Part shown: positions 19,801 to 32,400 of the stretch, in pieces | Position numbering within the stretch: position 1 is the stretch's first letter | Layout: each line of letters starts with the position of its first letter | Assembly (NCBI GenBank): GCA_964187785.1 | Contig: OZ076409.1 | Span: forward strand, 55,802,001 to 55,866,000 | Direction: 5' to 3' | Length of the DNA stretch: 64,000 nt | DNA from: Amphiscolops sp. MND2022 | Taxonomy: Eukaryota | Program-made: the position numbers and the translations under genes | Notes under the pieces: model-generated | Told to the model about the DNA's origin: nothing | Seen by the model: the letters and a program-made list of their open reading frames with translations, nothing else | Databases searched by the model: none

Positions 19801-20050
19801 AAAACTGTTGTTGCCGCCAAGAAGTTTAATAAGACTTGAAAAGTTACAGAACCGAAACCTATCAACTGTAGGTGAGCAAACTGCTATACGACTGCTATAA
19901 AATGGCCAGAGTCTTGGAAGTGTTCCTCAGCCATGGCGACATCATCCGAGCGGCAATGATCAAGACATCAGAAGGAGTCTTCAAACGACCAGCAGTAAAG
20001 ATAGTGCCAGTATTCTATGAGTGTTTTCCAACGGAAAACAGGGCCGACAA

Positions 20051-23000
20051 TGTTGGCGCCACGAAATTTGATAACCCTTGAAAGGTTACTGTGTGAATCA
20101 TCCGAACCCACAATCGAACTCTATCAACCGTATGTGAAGATACTGCTATAAGAGTGCTACACAGAATTGAAATACCATATCCAACACATGATAATCGAAT
20201 GTTAAAGGTCACGACATTTAAGAGTTGAAATTACTAACAAAGTGCTAACCGTTTTGCCAACGAATACTCAGCGATGGATGACTCTGAAACCCTGAAAAAA
20301 GAATGAGGGCCTAGCTTTGGCCCCTCTACCAGATGATGATACTTGCTTTGGAGTCTGAGACAAAATTTTCGCAATTTGTACTGGACAGCCCCACCCTGTA
20401 TTTCAGTAACTAGATGACCTTGAAGCCTATGTTTGCCTGTGTAGACATATGCCAATACCATGCTACCCACTCAAAATTCAGACCCTTCCGACAGTTAAAG
20501 TTTAAATGTCACTCCGTTCGAAGGTAGTTTTTGACATCACCCCATGTAATAACATAGGGAATAAACATATTCTTGAGGTTTTTTAAATTCTATGTCACTT
20601 CAAAGGTGCTGACAAATGTCAAGTAGACCCTAAAAGAGACAAAAGGCCTTGCAAAGTTTGAGAAGCAACATTGAGTTTCGAGTTTTTGCAAAATACAGCG
20701 TATTTTGACAAAAAATAGCGATAAGTTTGATTGTTTATTCATCTTTCGTCAATAATTTCATCTCTTTCACTTTTCATTAAATTGTTTATTGTAAAATTAG
20801 ATGTTCTTTTCATTAAAAACTCTTTAGTGGATGGAAGGTAAAGCTCACACCTTTTTTTGCTGTTGCTATGCTTAGTTATTAGCCTAATTTTATCTGCGAA
20901 AGTCTTCAAATACCGAGAAATGGATAGGATTTGTCACCTCGCTCAAGAAACGCGCCAAGGAAACTAACAACCTCACTTTATTTTTTCGATTACCGCCAAG
21001 GAACAAATGGCAAGCAACTTCAATGTTTAACCTGAATTTCCGTAGGCAGAGTGAAGTGTTAATTGCTATATGCAATCAACTAATGGAACCAGTGAAAACG
21101 AAGCATTCACAAGAAATTCAACATGTAAGCAGTCACGTTATGGCGAATGCAAGGATTCAGTGCTCCGCAAACTGTAAACATGTAGCTCTGATTCGATTTA
21201 ACTACGAAACAATTTTGAACGACAGATCGACGTTAATGGAGATGAGTAAATTGAAAGATAACCTAGCTTCAAAACGTGAAGAAAAAGAGGCCCAGAGGCA
21301 ACAAATACAATATCAAATTAGTCGACCCGACAGCTCTGTGAAACTCAAAGCGCCATCGACTAAACTTGTTGAAACATTAGACCTGTACAAAATTGAAACC
21401 GAACCAAAAATAGCTTTGGTTAAACCTGAATACCAACTCAAAGTGCATGAAGATATAGTCAAAAGGGATTATGAGGTACAAATTGTTCATGCAACAAAAT
21501 TGGACGAAGGATTATTGTGTTTGGAGAAAGCCAATGATGCGCCTTCGAGTGAAGGTAAAACGGATTTTGATTTCAATCCACCTGATCATTGTGACAGTCC
21601 ACAAAATGGTACGACGTCACTGATGATGTGAAATACACAGGATGACCGCGAAACAGAAGAAAAAGGTGCTGTAGGAGGAGCACCACTCGATGTAGCTCAA
21701 ACACCAGGGCGCTGACTCAACTCCAAAACCAGGTTTTTGGAGTTGCGTCAGCGCCTGGTGTTTGAGCTACATCGAGTGGTACTCCTCCTGCAGCCATTTT
21801 TTCTTCTGTTTCGCGGTCATCCTGTATATTTGACATCATCAATGACGTCAGAAACAGAAGTCGGAACAGAAGTCTGAAACACGAGTCGGAAACAGAAGAC
21901 GTCCATTCCTTCCGAAACAGAAGGCTTCCTCTCATTCTTCGCAAAGGTGTTTGGAGTTGGGAAGAACCCAAGGCAAAATTAAATTCAGCGGAAATGGACA
22001 ACAACTATTACTTCGTCAGAAGGAAAGAGACATTGCTGCTCGCAAGGAAACGAGACGACTCGAACTGAAACTCGAGGCAAGAGAACGTGAGACTCAGAAA
22101 GAAAAGATGGCTGTCGACAAATTGAAACGCCAAACTGAACTTGACTTGAAACGTAAACAACTTGAGGTCATAGAGAAAACCTCTTCTCACGGAAGTGTGT
22201 GTAGTTTCTTTTCGTTTCCCTTAAAGAAAGCCAAAACTTCAGATTGGCTGGAATCCAACAAGGACTACTTGCAGAGGTAGTCCAAAAAGTACTACAATTT
22301 TGGACTACCTGCAGACTCGAATTCCAAAAAAAAATTGACAGCAAAACTATCTTCAACTGCACAAGCTGATTGCTGTAATTCAGCGCGAAATAGGTAAAAC
22401 GGATGTCAGGAAAGCACTTTGATATGAAACTCAAGGAACCATTGATGTTCGATACTTTGAAGACTTTTTTTCCTTGACAATCTATAAAAGCAGAGCCTCC
22501 TGTCGCACATAGTTTGACGTTACCAATGACAAGTGTCTCCATGAAGTTTCCAGTTAGTGTTGGATAGTTTTCCGAAGATCCATTGGAAATGCCTGAGTTG
22601 TCTGGACAGTTCTTGGCAACAGTTGATCAAGTCGGGGTCGCAGATAGCTTGAAGATGAATTGTTCGAAAATTTTGGTTACTGGGAAAGCAAAAGCAGTTG
22701 GAATGGGTTACTCAGGAGCAATGTATCAAATGGCTTGGCTGACTCTGGAAACAATTTTGGACATCCTGAATTGATTGTCAATGCACAACTCAGAAAACTT
22801 TTTTCTTATTCCTTCATCAGACCCCAAAACTCACTAGAGATCATAATCTGCTCGCAGGTAGTCTCAGGATAAGTGAATGTGCTGAGTTAGTTCGTGTACG
22901 AAAGTGACCTCAGTTCAGAATCAGTGCTCAACAGCGTTGTTTGAAAGTTACCAATCGAGCTGAAAACCAAATGATTGAATTACTCGAGTCGCTTGTGCTC

Positions 23001-26000
23001 CAGAAGGCATTCATATGCAATTCAGCTCCACAAAGGACAAAAACAGGTCGAGTTTTGATAAAGAGAAATCACAAAACACTCCTTTAGCTGCTGCAATTGA
23101 AATTATTTTTACCTAAAGAGCTCCTGCTCTCTGAAAGATGGAGAGCACAAAGTCTGGCAGTGTGCAGCTTTCAAGGAAATGATTGTACAAGAAAGACAAC
23201 AGGAAGTAAAGAAGGCAAATCTTTGCTTCAGCGGCTTGAGGTCTGGTCACTGCATAGTGCAGTGCAAGTTCAACACAATCGCCTGTTGCACAGTGAAAAT
23301 AAAGAAACTTCTGAGATACAAGCTTCCAAGTCAGCAGGTTGGGTCAGAGTTTGGGTCAGATGACAGCTATTTCTTGCAGTGGCCGGATAATAATTGTGAC
23401 ACTACATCTGTTTAAAGGAAGTAAATCATATGACACCTTGGTGATATGTGACACCAGTTCGACACAATCATTTGTGTATTGAAAAAAAAAAGAATTAAGC
23501 ATGAGGAAGTGCTTAATGAACTGGTAAAACCGGAACTGCATTCACGCTTAATATTGCGGGAATCAATGGCACATAACAGATGGCCACTGAGAAAGCGAAG
23601 CTTCATGTATTGACACATGACCTGACAGATAATGTGACATTCCACGTTCATACTCATATTTATTATTACAGAAAGTCCTATGATTCTCATTAGCTGAAAC
23701 AGAATTGCGCTCGGTTAGCGGTTTTGCCAAACGAAAACATGGACTTGAAGAAAGTTCAGGTTGTGTTGGGCCAAGACAACTTCACTTGCTTAACACTCAG
23801 GCAACCAGAAAAGGGAAACGGAATGAGCCGTGGGCGGTCAGAACAAATCTTGGGTGGACATTGAGTGGTCCATTACTCAAGCATGAATTAGCAGACGTGG
23901 TAGCTACTGGAAATTGAGCAACCGATGAAGGATGAAGGTCTCAGCAGTCAACTAAAGTCATGGTTCAAGATGGAGTCATATGCAACACGATTTAATGGCA
24001 GCGGAGGCTCCAAAGACGACAGAAGGCATTGGAGCAACTGCAAAAATCCACCAAGCTTGTTGATGGTTGTTATGAAGTTGGCTTGCCATTAGCTGATGAT
24101 CAACGAACAATACAAAACTTTTTTTCCCGCTCATTCTCAATTTTGTTCATTGGAACGATGGCTTGAAAAGAAAGCCTCATTGATGCAGAAGTGCCAGGAA
24201 ACAATCAAAGTTGATTTGCAAAACAACATTGTCAGGAAGCTCAACTAGTCTGAGCTAGAGCAGGCAATGTACGAGATGCAGTAGTATGTACGCCACCATC
24301 CAGTTATCAACCGGACCTTACACCATAAAACTGAAAAGTTCAGATTTGTCTGCAACGCCGCAGCCTAGTACAAGAAGGAATCACTGAACGAAAAACTGCT
24401 GACTGGTCCAAATTTTGTTCAAAACCTCGTAGGAATAAACGTTCGCTTCCGTGGGCTCGTTGACATCGCGTTGATAGCGGACAATGAAGCCATGTATCTC
24501 CAGGTAAAAGTGCCCCCGACGGATTCCAAAGAGCTCATGTTCCTATGGCGGTAGAACAAAGACGATGAATTAAGAGCCTATAAAATTCCAATCATGTGCT
24601 TGGAGCCAAAAGCAGTCCCATCTGTGCGAAGTATGGAAAACTTGTTGAAGACTGGCCATGACAACAAATAAGCTCATCCAGTAACAGCCAAGGAAATTGA
24701 GAGAAACTTCTACATGGATGACTTTGTCTAATCTCATGAAACTGAGCAGGAGGCAATCCATTTTTACAAAGAATTGCCAAAAACAATGAATTTGCGTGTC
24801 TTGAAATTGATGAAATATATTTGCAGCAATGAGACTGGGACCGGAGCGACACCCGATACACGGACCGGTCCGAGGCGAAGAACAAAACGTTCAATGCTGA
24901 ACTTCTTACATCATCGGCACTGGGAACGAACTGGGTCGTGGATAGTGATTCAAAGGTTTCCAGTGGCACAGATAAAAAAATTCCATACGTTCATGGCTTC
25001 CGTTTTTGACCCTCTTCGACTTTTTGCTCCTTTTACTATGCGATATGTTGAACTAAAGTTATTGTGGAAGACAACTTGGTGAACAGCTGCCAGAACTGGA
25101 AAAACAAACTGATGCAGTTGTGAACAAAACATTCCACAGATGAGTACAAGAGCTGGAGCAATTACGAAGCATGTCATTCAGACGCAGATATTTCAATAGG
25201 AGCTTTGAGAAAGTCGACTTACATATATCTTGGAAAGCTTCATTGTGATTAAAGTTTTGTTGCCTGTTTAAGAATTGAAAATCACAATGGAGTCGAAAAT
25301 TCGTTTGTCATTAGCAAATGTCGCCTTGAAGAAGCAATCAAATCCTAAGCTCGAACTGCAAGCAGCTTTGTACTCGGTGCGATTGCGTCAGTTGATCGTT
25401 GAAGATCATGTTCGAATCGAATTGGACAATGAACGCATTGGACAGATTCAATTACTGTTTTCCAGTGGTTCCACTCTGCTAACAAAAATTGCAAGTCTTC
25501 GTTGCTAAAAAGTAGGTGACAACTTGAACCAGTCCACTGTGGAAGAATGGAGACACGTGGAAGGTATCGGAAACCTAGCGGAAATCAGTGCAAGATGATT
25601 GGCATCGTTTGGGTGAATTATTCAGTAGAAGATGTCATCAATTGGAAATGATTCAGCCAATACAAACGTTTGATGAATGTACTTGCTTATTGTCTTGAAA
25701 AGCTTATTGTCTTGGAAATCAAAGCAGTGACGTCCCAAAGCTATATCAGAGATTGAACTAGCAGTTATTGTGGTCTTGCGGTTGACTCAACGGGAAAGTT
25801 TGGGCAACTTAATTGGCAACGTGATGCTCAACACTGTGAGAAAAGTGAAGCACGATTTGCCTAGAGTGTATCCGTTTGTTAAGGAGCACGAAACAATTCG
25901 GTTTAAAGCACGATTTAACTAGTCAAATTTCAATTTTGAGATGAAGGATCCCTTCGTCGAAGCATGATATCGTGTTGCTAATGTTGTGGCAAGCTCATAC

Positions 26001-27628
26001 GGAGCTCATACAAAACCCTTGAAGGAACACAGTTTGTTAGAACTATTGTTCAGCAGAAACATTGGGCTCTTGGACTACGGATTACTTTAACTAGCAATAA
26101 AATTAGGAATTCCAGTGTCGAAAACTGAAGGTGCAGCCAATGCACCCTCATATGTCTAATTTAACTAAAATTTGGTATTTCGCCATTTCACAATGACGAG
26201 AGCTGTGCATTTTGAGGTGGTAAACGGAATGAACACAGGTACCTGTATCATAGCAATGACGCAATTTATGGCAAGAAGCGGCAAACCACTTACTATTATC
26301 AATGACAACAAGACAAATTTTGGAAGGGCAGCTCGTGAATTCAAAAAATGTGCTCAAGTGTGGGATCAAGCGCAAATTTAGGAGCAGCTGGCACAACAGA
26401 AGAGCTCTTATGGAAGCTCAACCTTCCTGGAGCACCGCATTTAGGATGCCTCTGGGAGCGAATGGTGCGTAACTGCAAGAAAACGAAGAACGCGATTCTT
26501 GGAATTACGCGATTGGCATTGTCAAAACATAATACCACCATATTCTTCGTAGAGCAATCTCTAAACAAGCACCTAATCATAACTGTTAGTGATGATCCTG
26601 GAACCTAGAAGCGCTGACACTGAATCATTTTACTGGGACGAGCTATGGTATCTGAACCGTTGATTGCGTACCTGATGCATCACGATATGTCAATTGTCAA
26701 CGAGTGTACTAAGTTTCTCAAGACTACAACGCTCTGATTTGGCAACGAACGCCTAACGAATATCTCTCCCGCTGGAAAGTGAGATTTATGTGGGCCAACG
26801 ATGACGAGTGTGTTTTGGGAGTTGGGCAGCTGGTGTGGTTGATAGATGACTCAGTGAAACGATCAGAGTGAATATTGGCCATGGTCTTGGAAGTGTTACT
26901 CAGCCATGACGGCATCATCCGAGCTGCAATGATCAAGACATTAGATGGAGTCTTCAAACGACTAAAAATAGTGCCAGTATTCTATGAGTATTTTTCAACG
27001 GAAAACAGGGCCGACAATGTTGGCGCCACGAAATTTGTTAACCCTTGAAAAGTTACTTTGTGAATCATCCGAACCCACAACCGAAATCTATCAACCGTAT
27101 GTGAAGATACTGCTATAAGAGTGCTACACAGAACTGAAATCATATCCAACACATGACATTCGAATGTTAAAGGTCACGACCATTAAAGGTTGAAATTACT
27201 AAAAAATTGCTAACCGGTTTTCAACGACCTTTATCACATACTAAGCAATAACTCTGGAACCCAAAAAAAGCGAAGGCCTAACTTTTGCTCTTCTACCCAA
27301 TGATGATGTTTGCTTTGGAATCTGAGACAAAAATTTCGAAATTTGCACAGGACAGCCCACTCTGTAATTCAGTAACTAGATGACCTTGAACCCAAAGTGC
27401 TTGACAATGTTTGAGAAGCAACTTAGAGCTTCAAGGTTCACCAAAGTACTGCGTGTTTTGAAATTAAAAGGAAAAATCTAATTTTTATTCAGATTCCTTC
27501 AAAAACTTCATCTTTCACTTTTATTGATTGTTTCTTGTAAAATATGAGGTCCGTCTCATTCAAAACTCTCTAAAGGGATGCAATGTAATGCTCACACTTT
27601 TGTTCTTGTTCTTATTAGTAATTAGCCT
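20051..27628 (+). mobile_element. Decayed BEL/Pao LTR retrotransposon
   Basis: LTR-like blocks beginning tgttggcgccacgaaatttg at 20051 and 27018 (a third at 18193), each after ggaaaacagggccgacaa. Broken coding remnants: LCFSGLRSGH knuckle, AVRTNLGWTLSGPL, NFYMDDF (RT), SVFDPLRLFAPF, PKLELQAAL (RNase H), TRAVHFEVV and APHLGCLWERMVR (integrase). Many stops and frameshifts; the LTR 3' ends are approximate. Confidence 0.82.
21613..21849. repeat. ~237-bp near-perfect palindrome (inverted duplication) inside the BEL gag region
   Basis: The arm gacgtcactgatgatgtg...caactccaaaacc is the reverse complement of ggtttttggagttg...catcatcaatgacgtc, with a few mismatches and almost no loop. Confidence 0.9.
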
Positions 27629-28279
27629 AAAAAGTCGAAAAGGTACAGACAACATGTTTTGACGTTTGAATTTATACTTTTGTGGAGTGATTTTACTTTT
27701 CCTGTGCACTTCGGCCATGCACTGCGGTAACTCAAGCTCTTCACGTGCATTGTGTTGAAGTTGCCTTCTCCGATATTACGCTTCACCACCATAATCTCGA
27801 AGGATACCTTGATTGGGTATTTTGTTTGACTTAAAAACGAGTATAAACTTGCTGATTTTTACATCTTCAAACTGAGGAATGTTTTGACCACCAATGGAAC
27901 CCCGAATACTTTAAAGGAAATGAACGAAGTTAGGAAATTCGAACGATGTTGTGAATTGTTATGTAAACAATGCTTATTGAGTAGTTGGATTGGAACAGAC
28001 GCTAGAATTCAGATTCATAATAATTGGAGATTTTCATGTTCCTTTCTTCACAGTCGAATATAGAACGTAGATTTTAGTCAAGTTAGGCGAATAATCGCAG
28101 TATTGCTTATTCGAAGAAATTGAAAACTGAGGAATTATCATCTTTGAAACATCTTGACTTGCGTGTCTTGACCAAGATATCCGTGCCAATCTATTTTGTT
28201 CTCTGTTTCGTTGGTGAGACGCAGAGATCACCAAGGACCGGCACAACCTTGAATCGCCCAATATGCAGATTTAAGTCAG

Positions 28280-28733
28280 CCGTTAAAACTATCCATACGA
28301 TTCGAGCAAAATTTTCTACATTCGTTATACACAGTATCATGATCCTCTGCGTACAATGGATTCAAAATCGTATGACCGAGATCTGAGAAACATAACCAAA
28401 TTTAGCCTAAAAATGACGAAAAACGGCCTTTTTTGGAGTTTTTTTTCAATTTTCTCAAAAACTGCCCATACGTTTCGAACGAAGCTTTCTACAGTCACCA
28501 ATATTGGACACTATGTGTGCAATGCCATCAAAATCGTATGACTAGGATCTGAATAACAAAGCTTTAATTGGTCCAAGAAACAGCCAATTTTGGACTTCCG
28601 ATTTTCTCAAATACTCTGTTTGAAAGAACTTTCATGGACTCTCACTACACCATTATACGGGCATAATACGTGCATAGCGAGTCAGAAGGAAAAAGATCTG
28701 AACTGACTCCTTTACCGCACATGCGGCTCTGGT
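28280..28733 (+). mobile_element. Helentron/DINE-1-like repeat copy with 3' end
   Basis: Repeat units followed by gactcctttaccgcacatgcggctctgg and tt. Confidence 0.55.
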
Positions 28734-29475
28734 TAAAATAAAATTTTAAAAGGCTTTTTAAAATGTGTGTTTGCTAGGTTAAACATGAAAGAAAGGCCTC
28801 ACCGCCTTTTTGGGTTTTTTGTCACTGTGCGAAAAGTTTTTGAAAAACTCAATTTTAGGTATGCCTGAGATCGAAAGTGAATTTCAGGTGTGGCAAGCTT
28901 CATTTGATTCGTCTAAGAAGCTGAACGAGACCAAAAGGTACCTCCCTTGGGTTTTCTAGAACTGTGTAATTCTTCGCAAAATTCACAGGAGTCTTGTCTT
29001 CTCTTTAATTTTTTTGAACTTTCAAGCCGGAAAATTTTCCGAGCCTAAATGGTTTTCTGCAATAAATGAATTTTTGCATGAAATATTTCTCGGAAAATTT
29101 TTAGGTTAAAATATCATTTTTCCAAACCATTGAGGTCGGAAAGTGTTTTTTCTAAAAGCGTATGTATGGAGAGAATGCACTGCGCCTGTTATTGATGTCT
29201 CAGTAAAGAACTCACCGTGGAATCCATGGCCGCCAAGATAAACAAAGAATTTGGCAAGATGATGCCATGAGTGCGAAGATGCTAGTGAGACGGTCAACAC
29301 CCCGGGTACCAGACTATTCAGAAGCAATCATTTTCATTGAATGTTTTTCACTTCAATGTTAGTTTGAATATCGTTTTTGAAGTTTTTAACATTCAGAAAA
29401 GTGTATTATGCTTCTTTCAAAAAAACAATGTCAAAAAAGTGTTCAAGTAACAAATTTCACATCACTGATTATTGG

Positions 29476-32400
29476 TTATTTTGAATAATTAGAGTTTGGA
29501 GCGTCAACATTTTGAGTTGTAACATAACTCTTCGACTTATCACCGCTTCGTACATAAGAATATGAGTCGTCACTAGAAGGACTCGGTCTCCGAGACGGCA
29601 AATAACTCTTGGCGTCAGCATCGTCAGTGAACATTTTAACAATTTCATCGAAAGGTTTGCCTTTGACTTCCGGAAGCTTGATCCACAGATAAATGATGAA
29701 GACTATAAGAAGGGCGAAAAAGATCATGAACACCCATCCGCATAGCTCCCCTATAGGCTATGGTTTGAATTGGTTTTCAAACGCTTTTTCGTCAAATTTC
29801 GATAAATGATTTTGGTACACCTTTCAATTGTCGTTTTTTAATGTTGAATATTGTGTCATCAATTACTTTGAAAAAAGTTCTTTACAAAATTTTGGTTTAC
29901 ATGTTGCAAATAACGCATCCATGTTGATTGGCTTTGAAGAACAATAAAAAACTTGCTTTCTACCAATTTTCAAGATACCTTTTAAAATTAAAATTGTCGA
30001 AAGAAAAATCGATCATTTGTATATCCATGCCTATCAGGGGAGGAAATCCAATGGCTATTGTGAAGTTGCAAAGCCAGTTGACGGCAGTCACAATCGCCAA
30101 AGCTTTGGGTCTGGACCGGGAGGTGAAGAGTTCCGGGGCAACGAGCCAGGGTACGGCTCCAACGCCAAAAGCGAAAAAAGCGACGTAGATGAAAACGAAT
30201 ACGGCGGCCGTGTATAACTCCGCATTGGATACAGCCACACCATGGCACTGCATGCCTTCTTCAACTGGCATATCGCTGAAAAGAATCGCCTCCACCAATG
30301 TGCATACGGCCATTCCTAAAACAGACACGTATTGAAAAACATTGTAGTATTATAAGTTGATAAAAAACTATGGGTTTTGATACTAAAACCAGCAGTTGAC
30401 AACTATTGGAGAAACATTTAGGTCAAAGGATGCAATGATTGGAAGAAAATGAGAGGAGTGAGTAACATTTTTTTTGGATTTTTCCCGCAAATATGTTTAA
30501 TCAAGCATCTTTCTGAGACTACCAGAGTCTTTCTGACTATAATCACCAGACTTACTGTTTCGATTTAAAGAATCCGTTGTTGAAAACTCAGTTAATTTAA
30601 TTAATGTAAACTGGCTTAGTTGGTTTTACAAGTTAAAATGTACTCAAAAATCATAACAAAAACTGAATTATGTAAATTTCCGTCCTTTTCGACCTGGGAG
30701 TCAACAAAAAATGAGAATTTGAATTTTTTGAATTTTTAGTGTTATGAAGAGATAACAACCCTAAATTACCATTGGGACGTATTCGTCCCAGTTAATTTCT
30801 GCAAACTTCCGAACGAACCAGTTGATCCTATGGTAAAGAAAACTCTTGAATAAAGTTTTTCAGACGATATTGCATTGCATTGCATGCCTTTTCACGGAAA
30901 ATTGACATGTTGTCTCTAAAATCGAGAAAACGGGACCAAAAAATCAAAAAAATCAGCGCAGACTTTCCGTTTTTTCAGTTTTTGTTTATGGCCACTTTAT
31001 CCCACTGGTATAGAGATTGGGTCAAAGTGGCCATACAATGTTTTGCTGAAACATGCTGAAATGCAGTCAGAAACACGAGGCGTGCAAAGATTAGGTGCAA
31101 AGTCCGGAGCCAGTGCGGCGAAGCCAGTGCGCTAGCGGACCCCAGCCCAGCAGTTCAAACATTGATTCGAAAAGACTGATACTCTTCTTTCGAACGCGCT
31201 ATAATTCGTTTGTCGGACCTGATTAGTTTAGGAGATATTGCAGTTTAAAGTTGAAGCACCAAATTTTTGAATAGATCCGGAATGTTGCTGGTCCATTAAG
31301 GGTTAACTTTCTTTTATCTCTGATGTGTCAGCGTCAAATCGTTTTCATGTACTTTTTCGGGATAGAATTGTTCATCCCAGTACTGACACCCCGTTTACTT
31401 GATCCCTCGAAATGGTTACTCAAGAAATCCCTAGTCGAGATGGCTTGAACTTTTAACATGCTGCATGGAAACTTGCAGGTTAATTTTCTACAAAACATGG
31501 AAAATTCAGGGATCATACATTTTGATCAGGGAAACATTTTGTAGGATTACAATGCAGCCTGCACTATTTGAATTAAAACTGAAAACAATTCCACTGCTTT
31601 ACCGCCGTGATCACTTTGTTTTCACGCTCAAGTTTCTCAAGTAAGTACCTTTCGTAATCGCCGTTGGTCAAATAGCATGTTTTAAACTTACAATGTGACT
31701 GAAGTTTTTTTGCAGAGAAATCGCGGTAAAATTGACGAGGCATGCTTTCAAAATTAAAACTGCTTTTTGATGAAACCTGCAAAACTTCGCGCTCAGAATT
31801 GCCGCCGAAGTGAGGATGCATCTTATAGATAGAAACCTTGATTAAAGTAAATAGAACCAATGAAATATTAAAGTATGACAGTTTCATTGAGAACTTTAAA
31901 AATCATAGAAAATTAGCTTGGTAGCCTACGAAAACTACAAACAGTTTCAATCAGGGTTGCAAGGACTGCCAAGGGTAACCCAGTTTTCAAAATTTTTCTT
32001 TATTACAGTCTAAAACACTGTATTCTGGTTGAAATTTACCTAAAATTATTATCCTATGCCTTCCTCTGGTTTCTAATAACGACTGTCAAGTCCAAAACGT
32101 TCATCGCTTGAATTCTGCTCCAGTTTTATGCACATAGTTTTGATTCGTGGATTATATGTATATAGAACTCTATATTGAACCAGAGCCGCAAGTGCGGTAA
32201 AGGAGTCTCAAACGGATTAAAATCTTGAAAACAGAGTACGTGCTTTGTCATTTGGTAAGTTTTTAACTGTTTAGGCTAGGTAATTTTTAAACTAGTTTAG
32301 GCCTAAATTTTTCAACTAGTTTAGGTTTTAACTCAGATCCCAGCCATACGATTCTGATGTAATTGCACACAGAGGGTCCTAATACCGTGTAGAATGACTC

